A DNA stretch of 32,000 nucleotides, from NCBI RefSeq assembly GCF_043194755.1, contig NZ_JBAFVV010000006.1, one strand, 5' to 3'. Every line of letters begins with the position of its first letter. The stretch's first letter is position 1. Below the pieces are notes generated by a model that saw nothing but the letters and a program-made list of their open reading frames with translations, was not told the DNA's origin and ran no database searches. The position numbers were made by a program, and so were the translations under genes. This document shows, piece after piece, positions 1 through 7,717 of this stretch. This stretch comes from Xanthobacter autotrophicus DSM 431. Its GTDB lineage: Bacteria; Pseudomonadota; Alphaproteobacteria; Rhizobiales; Xanthobacteraceae.

Positions 1-2607
1 CCAGGCCGATTTTGAAGGCTTTGTGTCGAGCCGGGGCAGCACGAGGAGTTCGCGGGCGCGCGTCGCCGCGACATACCAGAGCCGGATGCGCTCGCGATCC
101 AGCTCGTCCTTTTCCGCCTGGCGCGCGGCCTCATAGCCATCGGGCGCGACGCCGAGGACCGGGCAATAGAATGTGTCGGTCTGGCGGTCGATCACCGCGC
201 TGTCGGGCGACATGACGCCCGTCATGGTGTTGACGGGAATGACAATTGGCCATTCGAGGCCCTTGGCGGCGTGCATGGTGAAGAGCGCGACGGCTTCTTC
301 CTGCGCATCGGGCCGGCCTTCCACAGCGCGAGCCTCGTCGGTCCAGGCCGCGGTCATCGCCTCGGCGAAGGCGCGAAGGCCGCGCACGGCGTAGCCAGTC
401 GACAGGCTCAGATAGAGATCGACGTTGGCGAGCGCGCGTTCGGCCTGGCCGCTATGGCGCTCGAGAAGAAGGGGACGAACCCGCATCACGTCTACGGCCT
501 GCGAGAGAAGCTCGTGCGGCGTCGTGCTGTTGCTGCGGCGGTAGAGCGCTTGCAGCTTTTCGATAGTCTCGCGTGCGAGCGGATGAGCGATGGCGGCGGG
601 ATCGACGCGGAGATCGAGACGGGGAATCCGGTCGGGCTCTTCCTCCGAACGCGGCAGGGTCCAGACGATGTCCAGAAGCTCCTCTTCGGTGAGGCCGAGC
701 AGCGGGCCGCGCAGCAGCGCGCCGAGCGCCAGCGTGTCGCGCCGGTCGGCGAGGACGCGGGTGAGCGCAATCAGGTCCTGGACCTCCTGGCGGCGGAAGA
801 ACCCCTTGCCGGCCTGTGTCGCCACCGGAATGCCGCGACGCTCCAGCGCCTCCTCATAGCGCCACAGCTCGGCGCCGGTCGGCGCCAGCAAGGCGATGTC
901 GCCCGGCTGACAAGGACGTTCCGCGCCGGTGCGCCGGTCGATGATGGGCTGGCTGTCGATCAGGCGCGCGCACAGCTCGGCCACGGCATCGGCTTCGGCG
1001 TCGCGCTGCTGCTCGGCGCTGGCCTTGCCGTTTTCGTCCGCGACGGCGATGTCGAGGGCCGCGACGCACAAGCCGTTGCCGGGATCGTCGTGAAACGGAT
1101 CGAGGGCCGTAAATCCGGGTTGGCCATCGGCCGAGAGCACGGCCTCGAAGCGTTCGTTGACGAACGTGAGGATTGAGGCGCAGGAGCGGAAATTGGTGGA
1201 GATCGACAGGAGGCTGTCGGGGTCCTGAGCGTTAAAGGAGTCGCGCGCCTGCACATAGGCGCCGACATCGGCGCCGCGGAAGCGATAGATCGCCTGCTTG
1301 GGGTCGCCGACCAGGAAGAGTGCGCCCGGCCGGATCCGGAATCGGGTCCAGTCGGCATCGCCATCGACCGGCTCGCCGCACAGCCGCCAGAAGATCTCGG
1401 TTTGCAGGGGATCGGTGTCCTGGAACTCATCGACGAGGACATGCGCGAAGCGCTGTCCCAGCGCGCGCCGGACATCATCGTGGTCGCGCAGCAGGTCGCG
1501 TGCGGCGAAAATCAGATCATCGAAGTCGAGCTGGGCGCTCGCGCGCTTGTGGTCGCGATAGCGCTGCAGGATCGGACGCGCCTCCTCGATCAGAGCCGCC
1601 AGAACCTGGCTGGCCGCCGCCTGAAGAAGCGAGGCCCGGGCGTCGCAGCAGGCGGTGTAGTGGCCTTCGGCAGCGATGTTCAGCCGCTCGCCGTCGGCCT
1701 TGGAGAGGCCCGCCTGCTTCGCCGCTTCGGTCCATTTGCCCTTCTTGCGATAGGAGGCAAAGGCGCCTGCCTTGGTGCAAAGGTCCGGGTGCGGACGCGA
1801 GGTCAAAAGCCGGATCAAGCCCGAGGGCATGGCGGGATCGGGACCGGCCGCCAGCGCGGTCGCCATCTCGACCAGCCGCTCGACGATCACGACCGTTTCC
1901 GGCTCGGTCGCCGCCGTCCCGCGCATGAAGACTGCGAAATCCGCCGTCGCCTGCCGGAAGGCTGTCAGATGACCGTCAAGCGGGGAGACGGCCGGCGCCG
2001 TGAGGGTGCGGCGGCGTCGCAGATTCTCGGCGATCTTGTGGACCAGCGCCACGGTTTCACCGGGGCTGTGCAGCACCATCTCAGCGAGAATGCCGCCCTG
2101 ATCGCCGGACAGGCGCTCCCGCAGCCAGCCATCGAAGATCTCTAGGAAGGTGAGATCGGCCTGATTGCGGTCCATGACGCCGGCGCCGGGATCGATGTCG
2201 GCCTCGGCCGGATAGGGCTTGATCAGGCGCTGGCAGAAGCCGTGAATGGTTGAGCAGGTGATTTCGTCGATCGCGGCGCTTGCGGCCGCGAGATTGCCAC
2301 GCTGCGTTTGCGACAGGCCATCGGGCAGGGCCACACGCAGCTCGGCCGCGATATGTCCGGCCGAGAGGTCGGCGACAAACTCGCGGACACGCGAGAGAAG
2401 CTCGCTGGCCGCCAGTTCGGTGAAGGTGACGGCGGCGATGGCGCGCGGAGGGACACCCTCGGCGAGCATGACGGCGATGCGTCCGGCCATAACGGCGGTC
2501 TTGCCCGAGCCCGCGCCGGCTTCAACCAGGATCGAGCGATCATGGAGGCTGATCGCGTCGTGCCGTGCCCCGTCATCCTTGAGAACGTTGGACACGCTGC
2601 TCATCAT
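1..2607 (-). CDS. UvrD/PcrA/AddA-family superfamily-1 DNA helicase, C-terminus cut off by the window edge (869 codons visible)
   Basis: Absent from the ORF track because no stop lies inside the window. My reverse-strand translation from ATG 2607 gives MMSSVSNVLKDDGARHDAISLHDRSILVEAGAGSGKTAVMAGR (Walker A). In the same frame I verified helicase motif II, FAHVLVDEFQDTDPLQ, at about 1400-1447. No other minus-strand ORF in the track uses this frame between 1 and 2607. The start overlaps the upstream gene's stop as ATGA (2604-2607). Confidence 0.85.
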   Translation of the reverse strand, partial: MMSSVSNVLKDDGARHDAISLHDRSILVEAGAGSGKTAVMAGRIAVMLAEGVPPRAIAAVTFTELAASELLSRVREFVADLSAGHIAAELRVALPDGLSQTQRGNLAAASAAIDEITCSTIHGFCQRLIKPYPAEADIDPGAGVMDRNQADLTFLEIFDGWLRERLSGDQGGILAEMVLHSPGETVALVHKIAENLRRRRTLTAPAVSPLDGHLTAFRQATADFAVFMRGTAATEPETVVIVERLVEMATALAAGPDPAMPSGLIRLLTSRPHPDLCTKAGAFASYRKKGKWTEAAKQAGLSKADGERLNIAAEGHYTACCDARASLLQAAASQVLAALIEEARPILQRYRDHKRASAQLDFDDLIFAARDLLRDHDDVRRALGQRFAHVLVDEFQDTDPLQTEIFWRLCGEPVDGDADWTRFRIRPGALFLVGDPKQAIYRFRGADVGAYVQARDSFNAQDPDSLLSISTNFRSCASILTFVNERFEAVLSADGQPGFTALDPFHDDPGNGLCVAALDIAVADENGKASAEQQRDAEADAVAELCARLIDSQPIIDRRTGAERPCQPGDIALLAPTGAELWRYEEALERRGIPVATQAGKGFFRRQEVQDLIALTRVLADRRDTLALGALLRGPLLGLTEEELLDIVWTLPRSEEEPDRIPRLDLRVDPAAIAHPLARETIEKLQALYRRSNSTTPHELLSQAVDVMRVRPLLLERHSGQAERALANVDLYLSLSTGYAVRGLRAFAEAMTAAWTDEARAVEGRPDAQEEAVALFTMHAAKGLEWPIVIPVNTMTGVMSPDSAVIDRQTDTFYCPVLGVAPDGYEAARQAEKDELDRERIRLWYVAATRARELLVLPRLDTKPSKSAW

Positions 2608-5261
2608 TCCGCCTCCCAGATTTGAGCGACTTCGCCCAGCCGCTCGGTCGCGGCCGGCATCTTGCGTTTGCAATAGGTGGCGCTGGCATTGGCCGGCAGG
2701 GCGAAGGCGAGATCGTCATAGTCGCCACCCGTGTCGGGGCCTGGCAGCGCCGCGCCGCCGGCGAAACTGATCCTCGCCGCGCGCAGATAGCCGGTGATCT
2801 CGGCGAGCACCGCCTCGGGGTCGTCGAGCTGAAGGTCGACGGGCTCGCGTGGGAACAGCAACGAGGCGCTGATCGCGACGTCATGGCCGAGCAGCGCCTT
2901 CACCGCGAAGGCGTAGAGGCAGCGCTGAAGCTCCCGGCCGCCATTCAGCCGGATCGCGGTCCGGGGCGGGCGGCCCGTCTTGTAGTCGCGGACGAGCGCG
3001 CGCTTGCCGTCGCCCGCGATGTCGAGCCGGTCGATGTAGCCGGCGATATTGAACCCTGTGTCGGGGATCGTGACCGGCAGGCCGGGATCCCACGGCGTCT
3101 CCGCGTCCGACTTGGTCTCCAATCCGCCGAACGGCACCTCGCCATAAGAGCGGGCGCCCGGAAGAAGGTCATCGCCATAGGCTAAAGCCCGACCCGCCAT
3201 CAGCCGAGCATCGTCCAGGGTGCGCCCCCAGATGACGGCCGGCGGGATCGGGCGTTCACTTTCCCAATCGGCGGCGACAAGCTCGGCGGCCCGATCCACC
3301 GCTGCCGTGATCGCCGCGGCGTCGGCGGACGCCAGTCCACCGGCGTCCTCCAGGTCGCGCAAGGCGCGGTCGAGAACCATGTGAACCAGATCGCCGACGC
3401 CGAGCGCGTCGAGCACGAGCGGCTCGGCGCTGCTTTCGGGCACGCGCCAGCCGAAGGCATAGACCCAGGCGAAGCTCAGCGGATTGCGCAGCAGACGCCG
3501 GAGCGAGCTGGCCGACTGGGTGCGGGCCAGGATCGAGAGGATGATCGGATGATCGGGCCGGATGAGGCCGTCATGCGCCGTGATCTCGGTACGCCGCCAG
3601 TCGCGCCAGCAGCCTTGCGCGCTGACTGCCTGTGGAGCCGTGCTGAACTCCTGCGGCCGGGCCATGAGGCGGTCGGTTTCGCTGAAGGCATGGGCGGGCA
3701 CGGCATTGCGGCGGAGGTAAACCTCCTCGCCATGCCCGGCGAGCAGCGGGCTGCGTCCCAGCAGGCGTCCGTCGCTGTCGCGCCGGGCGCGAGAGAGGAC
3801 GACTTCACCGGCCGTGGTGGCCAGGATCGTCTCGAAATCCCGGCGATCGGCGAGGTTCACCGGAAGCGGGTCGAGCTCGGCAGTCGGGACAACATGGTCC
3901 GGGATCAGCCGGTCTTCGGCGATCCCGCGCGGCCAGCGCGAGGAGTTGAGACCGATCAATCGCACGAAGCGGCGCGGCGAGGCCGCGAGCGCGCTGACCG
4001 GCATCCAGGCGACGGACACACAGGCTTCCAGCCCGTCATCCTGCTTCAGGGTTTCGAGGATGGCGTCGATCGAGGCGGCTGGCCCGGCGAGAAGGGCCTT
4101 GCGCCAGATGGCAAGCGCACGGCCCTTGAGAAAGGCCTCGCCGATCTCGGGTGCAATGTCCGGCCCCTTGGCGAGAAGCTCGACCGCAGCGCACAGGGCC
4201 GGCGCGTGATCCGTGCCGTCGGGCCAGTCTTCCGGCTTCAACCGTGCCAGCAGGCGGTTCCAGGCATTGGGCGTCGACATGGGTGCATCGGCCGGCAGGA
4301 CGCGCAGCCAGCCTTCGGGCAAGGATTCAAACGGCGCGGAATCCCGACACAGGGCGGCGAGACGCCGGAGCCGGGACTGCGACAGTCCGCGAACGACGAT
4401 GTCTGCCAGCGCGGCGGCGGCCTGGCCTTCGCGGGTGGTGACGGTCCTGACGCCATGGACGAAGTGCAGGTCGATATTGGAGTCTGCGCGCAGGGCGAGG
4501 AAGTGATCGTCATAGTCGGCGGGCGAGGCGGTGGCGATCGCGATGTCTGAGGGCGCCGCCCGCCCTGAGGCAAGAAGCGACCGCGCCCAGCGCATGGCTT
4601 CGATGGCCTCGTGATAGGCCGTGGCCGCGCTGACGGCGCTGACTGCCGGTGTCCCCGCCGGAGCACGCGACACGCCGACGCCCGTGCCCTCCAGCCAGGC
4701 TGGCGCCGTCCTCGGCCCGGCCGTCCATTGCACGGGTATATGCGCGGTGAGCGCCTTCAGCAGCGGCCGCCAGCAGGGTGAGAGTTCCGTGAGGCCAGCG
4801 ATCTCCATGGGGCCGAGAACGGCGGGCGCATGGGCGATACGGCTGGTGGCGGCGGCGACGATGTCGATGGGGCGCATCGTGCCGGCGGGAAGCTGCGCCA
4901 GGACCGCCGCCTCCAGCCGGGCGATGGCGTCGAGTCGCGGATGATCGGCCGCTCGCGCCGCAAGGTCGATGCCCGCACGCCAAGCCTTGTGCAAGGTGTC
5001 CGCGGCCGCGTCGATCATGCCGGGCAGCGACTTGATGTTCTCCAGCTCGCCCATCGGCGTTCCTGGCAGCACGGCTTGGATCGCCGCGCGCAGGCTTTCG
5101 TCGTCGATCGGCCGGACGAAACCTCCGGCGAGCCGCACCGCCGCCTGTTCGAAGGACATGACCTGCAGGCCGTGGCGCCCGTCGCGGGCCGCCGCCAGGC
5201 GGCGTTCCCGCACGGCGAGGCGGCCGTGAACGACGAGGGTGGATCGACTCGCGACGGCCAT
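2604..5261 (-). CDS. AddB/RecB-family PD-(D/E)XK nuclease subunit (885 aa), partner of the downstream helicase
   Basis: 885-aa ORF. A C-terminal RecB-type nuclease core, GYIDRLD...ALVRDYKTG...QRCLYAF, lies at about nt 2930-3040 (YIDRLD checked at 3021-3040). I found no Walker A motif. GGAAGGAGAG Shine-Dalgarno 5 nt before ATG 5261. 4-nt ATGA coupling to the helicase gene. Confidence 0.7.
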   Translation of the reverse strand: MAVASRSTLVVHGRLAVRERRLAAARDGRHGLQVMSFEQAAVRLAGGFVRPIDDESLRAAIQAVLPGTPMGELENIKSLPGMIDAAADTLHKAWRAGIDLAARAADHPRLDAIARLEAAVLAQLPAGTMRPIDIVAAATSRIAHAPAVLGPMEIAGLTELSPCWRPLLKALTAHIPVQWTAGPRTAPAWLEGTGVGVSRAPAGTPAVSAVSAATAYHEAIEAMRWARSLLASGRAAPSDIAIATASPADYDDHFLALRADSNIDLHFVHGVRTVTTREGQAAAALADIVVRGLSQSRLRRLAALCRDSAPFESLPEGWLRVLPADAPMSTPNAWNRLLARLKPEDWPDGTDHAPALCAAVELLAKGPDIAPEIGEAFLKGRALAIWRKALLAGPAASIDAILETLKQDDGLEACVSVAWMPVSALAASPRRFVRLIGLNSSRWPRGIAEDRLIPDHVVPTAELDPLPVNLADRRDFETILATTAGEVVLSRARRDSDGRLLGRSPLLAGHGEEVYLRRNAVPAHAFSETDRLMARPQEFSTAPQAVSAQGCWRDWRRTEITAHDGLIRPDHPIILSILARTQSASSLRRLLRNPLSFAWVYAFGWRVPESSAEPLVLDALGVGDLVHMVLDRALRDLEDAGGLASADAAAITAAVDRAAELVAADWESERPIPPAVIWGRTLDDARLMAGRALAYGDDLLPGARSYGEVPFGGLETKSDAETPWDPGLPVTIPDTGFNIAGYIDRLDIAGDGKRALVRDYKTGRPPRTAIRLNGGRELQRCLYAFAVKALLGHDVAISASLLFPREPVDLQLDDPEAVLAEITGYLRAARISFAGGAALPGPDTGGDYDDLAFALPANASATYCKRKMPAATERLGEVAQIWEAE

Positions 5262-5283
5262 AACCGCTCTCCTTCCCGGGGGG

Positions 5284-5427
5284 CTACTTCTTGTTCGGAC
5301 GCTGGGTGAGCGCCGATGCAGCCACCGTCTTCGCGGCCTTACTGCTCTTCGGATTCCGCAGCACCTTGGCGGCGGCGCTCGCCGCCCGCTTGCTGGTGAC
5401 TTCGCCTTTCGAACCGCGCTTGGGCAT
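5284..5427 (-). CDS. small lysine/alanine-rich basic protein (47 aa), hypothetical
   Basis: Below the track's size cut-off. My translation is MPKRGSKGEVTSKRAASAAAKVLRNPKSSKAAKTVAASALTQRPNKK*. GGGAGG Shine-Dalgarno about 7 nt upstream of ATG 5427. Strong G/C preference at third codon positions. The stop lies 22 nt before the AddB-like start. Confidence 0.35.
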   Translation of the reverse strand: MPKRGSKGEVTSKRAASAAAKVLRNPKSSKAAKTVAASALTQRPNKK

Positions 5428-5460
5428 TGTCTTGCCTCCCGAATTTCACGCCGATCACTA

Positions 5461-5518
5461 TTGACGGGCGCCCTCGATGGGAATAATAATTACACGGATC
5501 GCGTCGATATGTCCATAT
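5461..5518 (+). promoter_or_regulatory. putative brxR/BREX promoter plus two short palindromes (candidate BrxR operator)
   Basis: TTGACG (5461-5466), 18-nt spacer, AATAAT (5485-5490), in the only AT-rich stretch of the 5428-5555 divergent intergenic region. Downstream palindromes are ATCG-CGT-CGAT (5498-5508) and ATATG-TC-CATAT (5507-5518). Sequence pattern only. Confidence 0.25.
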
Positions 5519-5555
5519 ACTTTTTATGCCCATCGGCGCACGGAGGCGGAAAGCG

Positions 5556-6479
5556 ATGCTGGAAGGCGCTACGGCGTTGAAATGGGGTGTGGAGCGCCGG
5601 CTCGAGTTCATCGAGTTCCGGCTGTTCTGGGAGGGCGGGGTCAATCGCTCCGACATCATCGAGATGTTCGACGTGTCCGTACCCCAGGCATCGAAGGATC
5701 TGACGCTCTATCAGGAGCGCGCGCCTCAGAACGCCATCTACGACAAGAGCGCGAAACGCTATGTCGTGAGCGCGCAGTTCTCCCCGATTTTCCTGAAGCC
5801 CGATCCCGACGGTTATCTGTCCCGCCTGCGCTCCCTCGCCGAGGGTCTCACCGAGCCAAGCGAGTCCTGGATCGCGCATCCGCCCCAGACTGATATAGCC
5901 TTGACGCCGCGACGCGAGGTCGATTCAGGCGTGTTGCAGGCGATCCTCGGCGCGGTTCGCGAATACCGTTCGATCGATGTCCATTACCAATCGATGAGCG
6001 GCAAACGAGCCGACCCCATGTGGCGCCGGATGACGCCGCACGCTTTCGGCTATGACGGCCTGCGCTGGCACGCGCGCGCCTATTGTCACATCGACAATAA
6101 GTTCAAGGATTTCCTGCTGCCTCGGGTCCTCGGCGTGCGCGACATGGATGCTCCCGGACCCGGCGGCGATCAGGATACATTGTGGCAGGAGACTTTCGAC
6201 ATCGAGATCGGTCCGCATCCTCGTCTGACACCGAGCCAGCGCGCGGTGGTGGCAAAGGACTATGGGATGAGGAAGGAGCGGGCCGTTTTGACGGTGCGCT
6301 ACGCGATGCTCTTTTATGTTCTCAAGCGCCTTGGCCTACTCGGCGACGCTAGTCAGCAGGATCCCCGCACCCAGCATATTGTTGCCCTCAACGCCGCTGA
6401 GACGGCACGCGCCCTGAAGCGCGCTGACTTCGAAATTGAGGAAACAGAGCAAGCTCCAAAGGTCAGGGGGAGCGCTTGA
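5556..6479 (+). CDS. brxR: BrxR-type wHTH-WYL transcriptional regulator of BREX
   Basis: The N-terminus KWGVERRLEFIEFRLFWEGGVNRSDIIEMFDVSVPQASKDL matches my recollection of the BrxR winged-HTH. A central WYL-like region follows (HYQSMSG...WRRMTPHAFGYDGLRWHARAYC). I prefer ATG 5556 (GGAGG at 5542-5546) over the track's 5526, which has no Shine-Dalgarno. The stop overlaps the brxA start (TGATG). Confidence 0.8.
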   Translation: MLEGATALKWGVERRLEFIEFRLFWEGGVNRSDIIEMFDVSVPQASKDLTLYQERAPQNAIYDKSAKRYVVSAQFSPIFLKPDPDGYLSRLRSLAEGLTEPSESWIAHPPQTDIALTPRREVDSGVLQAILGAVREYRSIDVHYQSMSGKRADPMWRRMTPHAFGYDGLRWHARAYCHIDNKFKDFLLPRVLGVRDMDAPGPGGDQDTLWQETFDIEIGPHPRLTPSQRAVVAKDYGMRKERAVLTVRYAMLFYVLKRLGLLGDASQQDPRTQHIVALNAAETARALKRADFEIEETEQAPKVRGSA

Positions 6480-7096
6480 TGGAGAGGTCGGAACAGCGCC
6501 CCTATCTTATGTCCTTTGGAACGGGCGGCCTCTTCATCAACGAAAGCGTGGCCGTTGCTCGACTGCACGTCGCCGGCGCCGATTGGGATTCGACATTGGT
6601 CGCCGCGCAAGAGAACGGCGCATTCCCGGTCCGCAAGGCAAGTTCGGCGCGGCGCTCGATCCGGGAGATCGTCAACCGCTTGAAGCATCTGTCTCCGGAT
6701 GAGCTGGCGCTTTTCAAAGAAGGGAACCGGAGCGAGCAGGCCGCTCTTCTGTGGCTCGCAGCCTGCCGCGCGTACAGGTTCATCGGCGAATTCGCGGTTG
6801 AGGTGCTCAGCGACAGGTTCCTGTCGTTGCGGACCGACCTTAGCTATGACGATTTCGATGCGTTCCTGGCCGCTAAGGAGGAATGGTCTCCGAAGCTCGC
6901 GGCGCTATCGGCATCGACACGCGCCAAACTTCGCGCCGTGCTCTTCCGCCTGATGCGGGAGGCTGAGGTCTTGTCACAGGATAACCGGATCCTCGGGGCG
7001 ATGTTGTCGCCGCGCGTGTTGGCCGTGATCCAGGCCAGCAACCCCGATGAACTTCGCTACTTCCCCGGTGCAGAGCGACAGTTGGGGAGGCGATAA
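6479..7096 (+). CDS. brxA: BREX protein BrxA (DUF1819-like)
   Basis: About 205 aa, and first in the conserved brxA-brxB-brxC order. Size and position are typical. ATG 6479 is preferred over the in-frame TTG at 6476. Confidence 0.75.
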   Translation: MERSEQRPYLMSFGTGGLFINESVAVARLHVAGADWDSTLVAAQENGAFPVRKASSARRSIREIVNRLKHLSPDELALFKEGNRSEQAALLWLAACRAYRFIGEFAVEVLSDRFLSLRTDLSYDDFDAFLAAKEEWSPKLAALSASTRAKLRAVLFRLMREAEVLSQDNRILGAMLSPRVLAVIQASNPDELRYFPGAERQLGRR

Positions 7097-7098
7097 CG

Positions 7099-7710
7099 AT
7101 GTCGCGAACGAGTGGGACGGCAAGCCCCAAGGATCGCTTCGATCACCTCCTGAAGGTGGTCGCGAGCGAGCGCTTTCTGAAGAAGCAGGGCCTCGGCAAC
7201 GAGGTGCCATTCTTCATCTGCCCCTATCCAGCCGACGAGGCCGTCGCCATGGAGGCGATGCGCGCCAGCCTCGTGAAGCAACTTGGAAACCGAGGCGTGC
7301 GCGTGATCGAGATCAATCTCTACGATCTCAGCATCGCCTTGCTGCGCGATCGTGGCATCTGGGATGAGGTTCTCGCCGCAGAAAACAGCATCAGGAAGGA
7401 CGAGCTGAAAGAGCTTCTTCAAGGGGTTCTCGATCCCGAAACGCATCTCGTTCCTGAAATCGGCGCACGGCTCTCAAGCGAGGAGTTCGATGTCCTGTTT
7501 TTGTCGGGAGTCGGTGAGGTCTATCCCTATATCCGGTCCCACAATGTGTTGAACAACCTCCAGAGCACCGCCAAGGAAAAGCCGACGGTGATGTTCTTCC
7601 CTGGGAAATACACGCACAGCCTGGCCACAGGAGCATCGCTCGATTTGTTCGGAATCCTGCACGACGACAAATATTACCGGGCATTCGACATAACACACTA
7701 CGAGATCTGA
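7099..7710 (+). CDS. brxB: BREX protein BrxB (DUF1788-like)
   Basis: 203 aa. It starts 2 nt after the brxA stop with a GGGGAGG Shine-Dalgarno (7084-7090). Position and size fit type 1 BREX. Confidence 0.75.
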   Translation: MSRTSGTASPKDRFDHLLKVVASERFLKKQGLGNEVPFFICPYPADEAVAMEAMRASLVKQLGNRGVRVIEINLYDLSIALLRDRGIWDEVLAAENSIRKDELKELLQGVLDPETHLVPEIGARLSSEEFDVLFLSGVGEVYPYIRSHNVLNNLQSTAKEKPTVMFFPGKYTHSLATGASLDLFGILHDDKYYRAFDITHYEI

Positions 7711-7717
7711 GGGGGGC

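Noticed and set aside
271-4550. Plus-strand ORFs 271-1176 (301 aa), 1402-2145 (247 aa), 2622-3185 (187 aa) and 3381-4550 (389 aa)
   Set aside because: All are antisense to the helicase and AddB-like genes, whose frames carry verified motifs (GAGSGKT, DEFQDT, YIDRLD...RDYK). These ORFs are high-GC shadow frames.
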